DNA from: the human T2T-CHM13v2.0 reference genome, Homo sapiens
Length of the DNA: 64,000 nucleotides
Assembly: GCF_009914755.1 (NCBI RefSeq)
Contig: NC_060925.1
Reading direction: 5' to 3' (one strand)
Below the pieces are notes generated by a model, which did no database searches, was not told where the DNA came from, and saw only the letters and a list, made by a program, of their open reading frames with translations. Of this stretch, positions 42,794 to 57,334 are shown piece after piece. The position numbers and the translations under genes are program-made. The stretch's first letter is position 1; each line of letters opens with the position of its first letter.

Positions 42794-45700
42794 ATGGAAT
42801 GGTCATCGAATGAATTGAATGCAATCATCGAATGGTCTCGAATGGAATCATCTTCTAATGGAAAGGAATGGAATCATCGCATAGAATCGAATGGAATTAT
42901 CATCGAATGGAATCGAATGGTATCAACACCAAACGGAAAAAAACGGAATTATCGAATGGAATCGAAGAGAATCTTCGAACGGACCCGAATGGAATCATCT
43001 AATGGAATGGAATGGAATAATCCATGGACTCGAATGCAATCATCATCGAATGGAATCGAATGGAATCATCGAATCGACTCGAATGGAATAATCATTGAAC
43101 GGAATCGAATGGAATCATCATCGGATGGAAACGAATGGAATCATCATCGAATGGAAATGAAAGGAGTCATCATCTAATGGAATTGCATGGAATCATCATA
43201 AAATGGAATCGAATGGAATCAACATCAAATGGAATCAAATGGAATCATTGAACGGAATTGAATGGAATCGTCATCGAATGAATTGACTGCAATCATCCAA
43301 TGGTCTCGAATGGAATCATCTTCAAATGGAATGGAATGGAATCATCGCATAGAATCGAATGGAATTATCATCGAATGGAATCGAATGGAATCAACATCAA
43401 ACGGAAAAAAACGGAATTATCGAATGGAATCGAAGAGAATCATCGAATGGACCCGAATGGAATCATCTAATGGAATGGAATGGAATAATCCATGGACTCG
43501 AATGCAATCATCATCGAATGGAATCGAATGGAATCATCGAATGGACTCGAATGGAATAATCATTGAACGGAAACGAATGGAATCATCATCGGATGGAAAT
43601 GAATGGAATCATCATGGAATGGAATCGAATAGAATTATGGAATGAAATCCAGTGTGATCATCATCGAATGGACCCGAATGGAATCATCATCCAACGGAAG
43701 CTAATGGAATCAACATCGAATGAATCGAATGGAAACACCATCGAATTGAAACGAATGGAATTATCATGAAATTGAAATGGATGGACTCATCATCGAATGG
43801 ATTCGAATGGAATCATCGAATAAAATTGATTGAAATCATCATCGAATGGAATCGAATGGTATCATTGAATGGAATCGAATGGAATCATCATCAGATGGAA
43901 ATGAATGGAATCGTCATAGAATGGAATCGAATGGATTCATTGAATGGAATCAGATGGAATCATCGAATGGACTGGAATGGAATCATTGAATGGACTCGAA
44001 AGGGATCATGATTGAATGGAATTGAATGGAATCATCGAATGGTCTGGATTGGAATCATTATCAAATGGAATCGAATGGAATCACCGAATAGAATCGAATG
44101 GAACAATCATCGAATGGACTCAAATGGAATTATCCTCAAATGGAATCGAATGGAATTATCGAATGCAATCGAATGGAATTATCGAATGCAATCGAATAGA
44201 ATCATCGAATGGACTCGAATGGAATCATCGAATGGAATAGAATGGAACAGTCAATGAACTCGAATGGAATCATCATTGAATGGAATCGAATGGAATCATC
44301 GAGTGGAATCGAATGGAATTATGATCAAATGGAATCGAATGTAAACATCATCAAATGGAATCAAAAATAACCATCATCAATTGGTATTGAATGGAATTGT
44401 CATCAAATGGAATTCAAAGGAATCATCATCAAATGGAACCGAATGGAATCCTCATTGAATGGAAATGAAAGGGGTCATCATCTAATGGAATCGCATGGAA
44501 TCATCATCAAATGGAATCGAATGGAATCATCATCAAATGGAATCTAATGGAATCATTGAACAGAATTGAATGGAATGGTCATCGAATGAATTGAATGCAA
44601 TCATCGAATGGTCTCGAATGGAATCATCTTCTAATGGAAAGGAATGGAATCATCGCATAGAATCGAATGGAATTATCATCGAATGGAATCGAATGGTATC
44701 AACACCAAACGGAAAAAAACGGAATTATCGAATGGAATCGAAGAGAATCTTCGAACGGACCCGAATGGAATCATCTAATGGAATGGAATGGAATAATCCA
44801 TGGACTCGAATGCAATCATCATCGAATGGAATCGAATGGAATCATCGAATGGACTCGAATGGAATAATCATTGAACGGAATCGAATGGAATCATCATCGG
44901 ATGGAAACGAATGGAATCATCATCGAATGGAAATGAAAGGAGTCATCATCTAATGGAATTGCATGGAATCATCATAAAATGGAATCGAATGGAATCAACA
45001 TCAAATGGAATCAAATGGAATCATTGAACGGAATTGAATGGAATCGTCATCGAATGAATTGACTGCAATCATCCAATGGTCTCGAATGGAATCATCTTCA
45101 AATGGAATGGAATGGAATCATCGCATAGAATCGAATGGAATTATCATCGAATGGAATCGAATGGAATCAACATCAAACGGAAAAAAACGGAATTATCGAA
45201 TGGAATCGAAGAGAATCATCGAATGGACCCGAATGGAATCATCTAATGGAATGGAATGGAATAATCCATGGACTCGAATGCAATCATCATCGAATGGAAT
45301 CGAATGGAATCATCGAATGGACTCGAATGGAATAATCATTGAACGGAATCGAATGGAATCATCATCGGATGGAAATGAATGGAATCATCATCGAATGGAA
45401 TCGAATAGAATTATGGAATGAAATCCAGTGTGATCATCATCGAATGGACCCGAATGGAATCATCATCCAACGGAAGCTAATGGAATCAACATCGAATGAA
45501 TCGAATGGAAACACCATCGAATTGAAACGAATGGAATTATCATGAAATTGAAATGGATGGACTCATCATCGAATGGATTCGAATGGAATCATCGAATAAA
45601 ATTGATTGAAATCATCATCGAATGGAATCGAATGGTATCATTGAATGGAATCGAATGGAATCATCATCAGATGGAAATGAATGGAATCGTCATAGAATGG

Positions 45701-46345
45701 AATCGAATGGATTCATTGAATGGAATCAGATGGAATCATCGAATGGACTGGAATGGAATCATTGAATGGACTCGAAAGGGATCATGATTGAATGGAATTG
45801 AATGGAATCATCGAATGGTCTCGATTGGAATCATTATCAAATGGAATCGAATGGAATCACCGAATAGAATCGAATGGAACAATCATCGAATGGACTCAAA
45901 TGGAATTATCCTCAAATGGAATCGAATGGAATTATCGAATGCAATCGAATGGAATTATCGAATGCAATCGAATAGAATCATCGAATGGACTCGAATGGAA
46001 TCATCGAATGGAATGGAATGGAACAGTCAATGAACTCGAATGGAATCATCATTGAATGGAATCGAATGGAATCATCGAGTGGAATCGAATGGAATTATGA
46101 TCAAATGGAATCGAATGTAATCATCATCAAATGGAATCAAAAATAACCATCATCAATTGGTATTGAATGGAATTGTCATCAAATGGAATTCAAAGGAATC
46201 ATCATCAAATGGAACCGAATGGAATCCTCATTGAATGGAAATGAAAGGGGTCATCATCTAATGGAATCGCATGGAATCATCATCAAATGGAATCGAATGG
46301 AATCATCATCAAATGGAATCTAATGGAATCATTGAACAGAATTGA

Positions 46346-48589
46346 ATGGAATCTTCATCGAATGCATTGAATGCAATCATCGAATGGTCTCGAATGGAAT
46401 CATCTTCTAATGGAAAGGAATGGAATCATCGCATAGAATCGAATGGAATTATCATCGAATGGAATCGAATGGTATGAACACCAAACGGAAAAAAACGGAA
46501 TTATCGAATGGAATCGAAGAGAATCTTCGAACGGACCCGAATGGAATCATCTAGTGGAATGGAATGGAATAATCCATGGACTCGAATGCAATCATCATCG
46601 AATGGAATGGAATGGAATCATCGAATGGACTCGAATGGAATAATCATTGAACGGAATCGAATGGAATCATCATCGGATGGAAACGAATGGAATCATCATC
46701 GAATGGAAATGAAAGGAGTCATCATCTAATGGAATTGCATGGAATCATCATAAAATGGAATCGAATGGAATCAACATCAAATGGAATCAAATGGAATCAT
46801 TGAACGGCATTGAATGGAAGCGTCATCGAATGAATTGAATGCAATCATCGAATGGTCTCGAATGTAATCATCTTCTAATGGAAAGGAATGGAATCATCGC
46901 ATAGAATCGAATGGAATTATCATCGAATGGAATCGAATGGTATCAACACCAAACGGAAAAAAACGGAATTATCGAATGGAATCGAAGAGAATCTTCGAAC
47001 GGACCCGAATGGAATCATCTAATGGAATGGAATGGAATAATCCATGGACTCGAATGCAATCATCATCGAATGGAATCGAATGGAATCATCGAATGGGCTC
47101 GAATGGAATAATCATTGAACGGAATCGAATGGAATCATTATCAGATGGAAACGAATGGAATCATCATCGAATGGAAATGAAAGGAGTCATCATCTAATGG
47201 AATTGCATGGAATCATCATAAAATGGAATCGAATGGAATCAACATCAAATGGAATCAAATGGAATCATTGAACGGAATTGAATGGAATCGTCATCGAATA
47301 AATTGACTGCAATCATCGAATGGTCTCGAATGGAATCATCATCAAATGGAATGGAATGGAATCATCGCATAGAATCGAATGGAATCATCATCGAATGGAA
47401 TCGAATGGAATCAACATCAAACGGAAAAAAACGGAATTATCGTATGGAATCGAAGAGAATCATCGAATGGACCCGAATGGAATCATCTAATGGAATGGAA
47501 TGGAATAATCCATGGACTCGAATGCAATCATCATCGAATGGAATCGAATGGAATCATCGAATGGACTCGAATGGAATAATCATTGAACGGAATCGAATGG
47601 AATCATCATCGGATGGAAATGAATGGAATCATCATCGAATGGAATCGAATAGAATTATGGAATGAAATCCAGTGTGATCATCATCGAATGGACCCGAATG
47701 GAATCATCATCCAACGGAAGCTAATGGAATCAACATTGAATGAATCGAATGGAAACACCATCGAATTGAAACGAATGGAATTATCATGAAATTGAAATGG
47801 ATGGACTCATCATCGAATGGATTCGAATGGAATCATCGAATAAAATTGATTGAAATCATCATCCAATGGAATCGAATGGTATCATTGAATGGAATCGAAT
47901 GGAATCATCATCAGATGGAAATGAATGGAATCGTCATAGAATGGAATCGAATGGATTCATTGAATGGAATCAGATGGAATCATCGAATGGACTGGAATGG
48001 AATCATTGAATGGACTCGAAAGGGATCATGATTGAATGGAATTGAATGGAATCATCGAATGGTCTCGATTGGAATCATTATCAAATGGAATCGAATGGAA
48101 TCACCGAATAGAATCGAATGGAACAATCATCGAATGGACTCAAATGGAATTATCCTCAAATGGAATCGAATGGAATTATCGAATGCAATCGAATGGAATT
48201 ATCGAATGCAATCGAATAGAATCATCGAATGGACTCGAATGGAATCATCGAATGGAATAGAATGGAACAGTCAATGAACTCGAATGGAATCATCATTGAA
48301 TGGAATCGAATGGAATCATCGAGTGGAATCGAATGGAATTATGATCAAATGGAATCGAATGTAATCATCATGAAATGGAATCAAAAATAACCATCATCAA
48401 TTGGTATTGAATGGAATTGTCATCAAATGGAATTCAAAGGAATCATCATCAAATGGAACCGAATGGAATCCTCATTGAATGGAAATGAAAGGGGTCATCA
48501 TCTAATGGAATCGCATGGAATCATCATCAAATGGAATCAAATGGAATCATCATCAAATGGAATCTAATGGAATCATTGAACAGAATTGA
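46346..48589 (+). repeat. 2244-bp unit with three 468-bp subunits (A, A', B)
   Basis: Anchors at 46346, 46814 and 47282; the next unit starts at 48590. Confidence 0.9.
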
Positions 48590-50365
48590 ATGGAATCGTC
48601 ATCGAATGAATTGAATGCAATCATCGAATGGTCTCGAATGGAATCATCTTCTAATGGAAAGGAATGGAATCATCGCATAGAATCGAATGGAATTATCATC
48701 GAATGGAATCGAATGGTATCAACACCAAACGGAAAAAAACGGAATTATCGAATGGAATCGAAGAGAATCTTCGAACGGACCCGAATGGAATCATCTAATG
48801 GAATGGAATGGAATAATCCATGGACTCGAATGCAATCATCATCGAATGGAATGGAATGGAATCATCGAATGGACTCGAATGGAATAATCATTGAACGGAA
48901 TCGAATGGAATCATTATCAGATGGAAACGAATGGAATCATCATCGAATGGAAATGAAAGGAGTCATCATGTAATGGAATTGCATGGAATCGTCATAAAAT
49001 GGAATCGAATGGAATCAACATCAAATGGAATCAAATGGAATCATTGAACGGAATTGAATGGAATCGTCATCGAATGAATTGACTGCAATCATCGAATGGT
49101 CTCGAATGGAATCATCTTCAAATCGAATGGAATGGAATCATCGCATAGAATCGAATGGAATTATCATCGAATGGAATCGAATGGAATCAACATCAAACGG
49201 AAAAAAACGGAATTATCGTATGGAATCGAAGAGAATCATCGAATGGACCCGAATGGAATCATCTAATGGAATGGAATGGAATAATCCATGGACTCGAATG
49301 CAATCATCATCGAATGGAATCGAATGGAATCATCGAATGGACTCGAATGGAATAATCATTGAACGGAATCGAATGGAATCATCATCGGATGGAAATGAAT
49401 GGAATCATCATCGAATGGAATCGAATAGAATTATGGAATGAAATCCAGTGTGATCATCATCGAATTGACCCGAATGGAATCATCATCCAACGGAAGCTAA
49501 TGGAATCAACATTGAATGAATCGAATGGAAACACCATCGAATTGAAACGAATGGAATTATCATGAAATTGAAATGGATGGACTCATCATCGAATGGATTC
49601 GAATGGAATCATCGAATAAAATTGATGGAAATCATCATCCAATGGAATCGAATGGTATCATTGAATGGAATCGAATGGAATCAACATCAGATGGAAATGA
49701 ATGGAATCGTCATAGAATGGAATCGAATGGATTCATTGAATGGAATCAGATGGAATCATCGAATGGACTGGAATGGAATCATTGAATGGACTCGAAAGGG
49801 ATCATGATTGAATGGAATTGAATGGAATCATCGAATGGTCTCGATTGGAATCATTATCAAATGGAATCGAATGGAATCACCGAATAGAATCGAATGGAAC
49901 AATCATCGAATGGACTCAAATGGAATTATCCTCCAATGGAATCGAATGGAATTATCGAATGCAATCGAATGGAATTATCGAATGCAATCGAATAGAATCA
50001 TCGAATGGACTCGAATGGAATCATCGAATGGAATGGAATGGAACAGTCAATGAACTCGAATGGAATCATCATTGAATGGAATCGAATGGAATCATCGAGT
50101 GGAATCGAATGGAATTATGATCAAATGGAATCGAATGTAATCATCATCAAATGGAATCAAAAATAACCATCATCAATTGGTATTGAATGGAATTGTCATC
50201 AAATGGAATTCAAAGGAATCATCATCAAATGGAACCGAATGGAATCCTCATTGAATGGAAATGAAAGGGGTCATCATCTAATGGAATCGCATGGAATCAT
50301 CATCAAATGGAATCGAATGGAATCATCATCAAATGGAATCTAATGGAATCATTGAACAGAATTGA

Positions 50366-51444
50366 ATGGAATCTTCATCGAATGCATTGAATGCAATCAT
50401 CGAATGGTCTCGAATGGAATCATCTTCTAATGGAAAGGAATGGAATCATCGCATAGAATCGAATGGAATTATCATCGAATGGAATCGAATGGTATGAACA
50501 CCAAACGGAAAAAAACGGAATTATCGAATGGAATCGAAGAGAATCTTCGAACGGACCCGAATGGAATCATCTAATGGAATGGAATGGAATAATCCATGGA
50601 CTCGAATGCAATCATCATCGAATGGAATGGAATGGAATCATCGAATGGACTCGAATGGAATAATCATTGAACGGAATCGAATGGAATCATCATCGGATGG
50701 AAACGAATGGAATCATCATCGAATGGAAATGAAAGGAGTCATCATCTAATGGAATTGCATGGAATCATCATAAAATGGAATCGAATGGAATCAGCATCAA
50801 ATGGAATCAAACGGAATCATTGAACGGAATTGAATGGAAGCGTCATCGAATGAATTGAATGCAATCATCGAATGGTCTCGAATGTAATCATCTTCTAATG
50901 GAAAGGAATGGAATCATCGCACAGAATCGAATGGAATTATCATCGAATGGAATCGAATGGTATCAACACCAAACGGAAAAAAACGGAATTATCGAATGGA
51001 ATCGAAGAGAATCATCGAATGGACCCGAATGGAATCATCTAATGGAATGCAATGGAATAATCCATGGACTCGAATGCAATCATCATCGAATGGAATCGAA
51101 TGGAATCATCGAATGAACTCGAATGCAATCATCATTGAATGGAATCGAATGGAATCATCGAGTGGAATCGAATGGAATTATGATCAAATGGAATCGAATG
51201 TAATCATCATCAAATGGAATCAAAAATAACCATCATCAATTGGTATTGAATGGAATTGTCATCGAATGGAATTGTCATCAAATTGAATTCAAAGGAATCA
51301 TCATCAAATGGAACCGAATGGAATCCTCATTGAATGGAAATGAAAGGGGTCATCATCTAATGGAATCACATGGAATCATCATCAAATGGAATCGAATGGA
51401 ATCTTCATCAAATGGAATCTAATGGAATCATTGAACAGAATTGA
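50366..51444 (+). repeat. 1079-bp unit (713-bp deletion plus 16-bp duplication)
   Basis: Deletion junction at ~51116; GAATGGAATTGTCATC x2 at 51248-51279. Confidence 0.88.
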
Positions 51445-52729
51445 ATGGAATCGTCATCGAATGAATTGAATGCAATCGTCGAATGGTCTCGAATGGAATC
51501 ATCTTCTAATGGAAAGGAATGGAATCATCGCATAGAATCGAATGGAATTATCATCGAATGGAATCGAATGGTATCAACACCAAACGGAAAAAAACGGAAT
51601 TATCGAAAGGAATCGAAGAGAATCTTCGAACGGACCCGAATGGAATCATCTAATGGAATGGAATGGAATAATCCATGGACTCGAATGCAATCATCATCGA
51701 ATGGAATCGAATGGAATCATCGAATGGACTCGAATGGAATAATCATTGAACGGAATCGAATGGAATCATCATCGGATGGAAATGAATGGAATCATCATCG
51801 AATGGAATCGAATAGAATTATGGAATGAAATTCAGTGTGATCATCATCGAATGGACCCGAATGGAATCATCATCCAACAGAAGCTAATGGAATCAACATC
51901 GAATGAATCGAATGGAAACACCATCGAATTCAAACGAATGGAATTACCATGAAATTGAAATGGATGGACTCGTCATCGAATGGATTCGGATGGAATCATC
52001 GAATAAAATTGATTGAAATCATCATCGAATGAAATCGAATGGTATCATTGAATGGAATCGAATGGAATCATCATCAGATGGAAATGAATGGAATCGTCAT
52101 AGAATGGAATCGAATGGATTCATTGAATGGAATCAGATGGAATCATCGAATGGACTGGAATGGAATCATTGAATGGACTCGAAAGGGATCATGATTGAAT
52201 GGAATTGAATGGAATCATCGAATGGTCTCGATTGGAATCATTATCAAATGGAATCGAATGGAATCACCGAATAGAATCGAATGGAACAATCATCGAATGG
52301 ACTCAAATGGAATTATCCTTAAATGGAATCGAATGGTATTATCGAATGCAATCGAATAGAATCATCGAATGGACTCGAATGGAATCATCGAATGGAATGG
52401 AATGGAACAGTCAATGAACTCGAATGGAATCATCATTGAATGGAATGGAATGGAATCATCGAGTGGAATCGAATGGAATTATGATCAAATGGAATCGAAT
52501 GTAATCATCATCAAATGGAATCAAAAATAACCATCATCAATTGGTATTGAATGGAATTGTCATCAAATGGAATTCAAAGGAATCATCATCAAATGGAACC
52601 GAATGGAATCCTCATTGAATGGAAATGAAAGGGGTCATCATCTAATGGAATCGCATGGAATCATCATCAAATGGAATCGAATGGAATCATCATCAAATGG
52701 AATCTAATGGAATCATTGAACAGAATTGA
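51445..52729 (+). repeat. 1285-bp unit (1308 minus 23 bp)
   Basis: Single A-head subunit. One of the two tandem TTATCGAATGCAATCGAAT motifs is missing at ~52340. Confidence 0.88.
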
Positions 52730-55588
52730 ATGGAATCGTCATCGAATGAATTGAATGCAATCATCGAATGGTCTCGAATGGAATCATCTTCTAATGGAAA
52801 GGAATGGAATCATCGCATAGAATCGAATGGAATTATCATCGAATGGAATCGAATGGTATCAACACCAAACGGAAAAAAACGGAATTATCGAATGGAATCG
52901 AAGAGAATCTTCGAACGGACCCGAATGGAATCATCTAATGGAATGGAATGGAATAATCCATGGACTCGAATGCAATCATCATCGAATGGAATCGAATGGA
53001 ATCATCGAATGGACTCGAATGGAATAATCATTGAACGGAATCGAATGGAATCATCATCGGATGGAAACGAATGGAATCATCATCGAATGGAAATGAAAGG
53101 AGTCATCATCTAATGGAATTGCATGGAATCATCATAAAATGGAATCGAATGGAATCAACATCAAATGGAATCAAATGGAATCATTGAACGGAATTGAATG
53201 GAATCGTCATCGAATGAATTGACTGCAATCATCGAATGGTCTCGAATGTAATCACATTCTAATGGAAAGGAATGGAATCATCGCATAGAATCGAATGGAA
53301 TCAACATTGAATGGACTCGAATGGAATCAACATCAAACGGAATCAAGCGGAATTATCGAATGGAATCGAAGAGAATCATCGAATGGTCTCGAATGGAATC
53401 ATCTTCTAATGGAAAGGAATGGAATCATCGCATAGAATCGAATGGAATTAACATTGAATGGACTCGAATGGAATCAACATCAAATGGAATCAAGCGGAAT
53501 TATCGAATGAAATCGAAGAGAATCATCGAATGGACTCGAATGGAATCATCTAATGGAATGGAATGGAATAATCCACGGACTCGAATGCAATCATCATCGT
53601 ATAGAATCGAATGGAATCATCGAATGGACTCGAATGGAATAATCATTGAACGGAAGCGAATGGAATCATCATCGGATGGAAACGAATGGAATCATAATCG
53701 AATGGAAATGAAAGGAGTCATCATCTAATGGAATTGCATGGAATCATCATAAAATGGAATCGAATGGAATCAACATCAAATGGAATCAAATGGAATCATT
53801 GAACGGAATTGAATGGAATCGTCATCGAATGAATTGACTGCAATCATCGAATGGTCTCGAATGGAATCATCTTCAAATGGAATGGAATGGAATCATCGCA
53901 TAGAATCGAATGGAATTATCATCGAATGGAATCGAATGGAATCAACATCAAACGGAAAAAAACGGAATTATCGAATGGAATCGAAGAGAATCATCGAATG
54001 GACCCGAATGGAATCATCTAATGGAATGGAATGGAATAATCCATGGACTCGAATGCAATCATCATCGTATAGAATCGAATGGAATCATCGAATGGACTCG
54101 AATGGAATAATCATTGAACGGAAGCGAATGGAATCATCATCGGATGGAAACGAATGGAATCATAATCGAATGGAAATGAAAGGAGTCATCATCTAATGGA
54201 ATTGCATGGAATCATCATAAAATGGAATCGAATGGAATCAACATCAAATGGAATCAAATGGAATCATTGAACGGAATTGAATGGAATCGTCATCGAATGA
54301 ATTGACTGCAATCATCGAATGGTCTCGAATGGAATCATCTTCAAATGGAATGGAATGGAATCATCGCATAGAATCGAATGGAATTATCATCGAATGGAAT
54401 CGAATGGAATCAACATCAAACGGAAAAAAACGGAATTATCGAATGGAATCGAAGAGAATCATCGAATGGACCCGAATGGAATCATCTAATGGAATGGAAT
54501 GGAATAATCCATGGACTCGAATGCAATCATCATCGAATGGAATCGAATGGAATCATCGAATGGACTCGAATGGAATAATCATTGAACGGAATCGAATGGA
54601 ATCATCATCGGATGGAAATGAATGGAATCATCATCGAATGGAATCGAATAGAATTATGGAATGAAATCCAGTGTGATCATCATCGAATGGACCCGAATGG
54701 AATCATCATCCAACGGAAGCTAATGGAATCAACATCGAATGAATCGAATGGAAACACCATCGAATTGAAACGAATGGAATTATCATGAAATTGAAATGGA
54801 TGGACTCATCATCGAATGGATTCGAATGGAATCATCGAATAAAATTGATTGAAATCATCATCCAATGGAATCGAATGGTATCATTGAATGGAATCGAATG
54901 GAATCATCATCAGATGGAAATGAATGGAATCGTCATAGAATGGAATCGAATGGATTTATTGAATGGAATCAGATGGAATCATCGAATGGACTGGAATGGA
55001 ATCATTGAATGGACTCGAAAGGGATCATGATTGAATGGAATTGAATGGAATCATCGAATGGTCTCGATTGGAATCATTATCAAATGGAATCGAATGGAAT
55101 CACCGAATACAATCGAATGGAACAATCATCGAAAGGACTCAAATGGAATTATCCTCAAATGGAATCGAATGGAATTATCGAATGCAATCGAATGGAATTA
55201 TCGAATGCAATCGAATAGAATCATCGAATGGACTCGAATGGAATCATCGAATGGAATGGAATGGAACAGTCAATGAACTCGAATGGAATCATCATTGAAT
55301 GGAATCGAATGGAATCATCGAGTGGAATCGAATGGAATTATGATCAAATGGAATCGAATGTAATCATCATCAAATGGAATCAAAAATAACCATCATCAAT
55401 TGGTATTGAATGGAATTGTCATCAAATGGAATTCAAAGGAATCATCATCAAATGGAACCGAATGGAATCCTCATTGAATGGAAATGAAAGGGGTCATCAT
55501 CTAATGGAATCGCATGGAATCATCATCAAATGGAATCGAATGGAATCATCATCAAATGGAATCTAATGGAATCATTGAACAGAATTGA
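52730..55588 (+). repeat. 2859-bp unit with four subunits (1776+468+468+147)
   Basis: Anchors 52730, 53198, 53813 and 54281 (spacings 468, 615, 468); the next unit starts at 55589. Confidence 0.9.
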
Positions 55589-57334
55589 ATGGAATGGTCA
55601 TCGAATGAATTGAATGCAATCATCGAATGGTCTCGAATGGAATCATCTTCTAATGGAAAGGAATGGAATCATCGCATAGAATCGAATGGAATTATCATCG
55701 AATGGAATCGAATGGTATCAACACCAAACGGAAAAAAACGGAATTATCGAATGGAATCGAAGAGAATCTTCGAACGGACCCGAATGGAATCATCTAATGG
55801 AATGGAATGGAATAATCCATGGACTCGAATGCAATCATCATCGAATGGAATCGAATGGAATCATCGAATGGACTCGAATGGAATAATCATTGAACGGAAT
55901 CGAATGGAATCATCATCGGATGGAAATGAAAGGAGTCATCATCTAATGGAATTGCATGGAATCATCATAAAATGGAATCGAATGGAATCAACATCAAATG
56001 GAATCAAATGGAATCATTGAACGGAATTGAATGGAATCGTCATCGAATGAATTGACTGCAATCATCGAATGGTCTCGGAATCATCTTCAAATGGAATGGA
56101 ATGAAATCATCGCATAGAATCGAATGGAATTATCATCGAATGGAATCGAATGGAATCAACATCAAACGGAAAAAAACGGAATTATCGAATGGAATCGAAG
56201 AGAATCATCGAATGGACCCGAATGGAATCATCTAATGGAATGGAATGGAATAATCCATGGACTCGAATGCAATCATCATCGAATGGAATCGAATGGAATC
56301 ATCGAATGGACTCGAATGGAATAATCATTGAACCGAATCGAATGGAATCATCATCGGATGGAAATGAATGGAATCATCATCGAATGGAATCGAATAGAAT
56401 TATGGAATGAAATCCAGTGTGATCATCATCGAATGGACCCGAATGGAATCATCATCCAACGGAAGCTAAGGGAATCAACATCGAATGAATCGAATGGAAA
56501 CACCATCGAATTGAAACGAATGGAATTATCATGAAATTGAAATGGATGGACTCATCATCGAATGGATTCGAATGGAATCATCGAATAAAATTGATTGAAA
56601 TCATCATCGAATGGAATCGAATGGTATCATTGAATGGAATCGAATGGAATCATCATCAGATGGAAATGAATGGAATCGTCATAGAATGGAATCGAATGGA
56701 TTCATTGAATGGAATCAGATGGAATCATCGAATGGACTGGAATGGAATCATTGAATGGACTCGAAAGGGATCATGATTGAATGGAATTGAATGGAATCAT
56801 CGAATGGTCTCGATTGGAATCATTATCAAATGGAATCGAATGGAATCACCGAATAGAATCGAATGGAACAATCATCGAATGGACTCAAATGGAATTATCC
56901 TCAAATGGAATCGAATGGAATTATCGAATGCAATCGAATGGAATTATCGAATGCAATCGAATAGAATCATCGAATGGACTCGAATGGAATCATCGAATGG
57001 AATGGAATGGAACAGTCAATGAACACGAATGGAATCATCATTGAATGGAATCGAATGGAATCATCGAGTGGAATCGAATGGAATTATGATCAAATGGAAT
57101 CGAATGTAATCATCATCAAATGGAATCAAAAATAACCATCATCAATTGGTATTGAATGGAATTGTCATCAAATGGAATTCAAAGGAATCATCATCAAATG
57201 GAACCGAATGGAATCCTCATTGAATGGAAATGAAAGGGGTCATCATCTAATGGAATCGCATGGAATCATCATCAAATGGAATCGAATGGAATCATCATCA
57301 AATGGAATCTAATGGAATCATTGAACAGAATTGA
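55589..57334 (+). repeat. 1746-bp unit (26-bp and 4-bp deletions)
   Basis: CGGATGGAAA|TGAAAGGAG at ~55926 and GGTCTC|GGAATC at ~56077. Confidence 0.88.
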
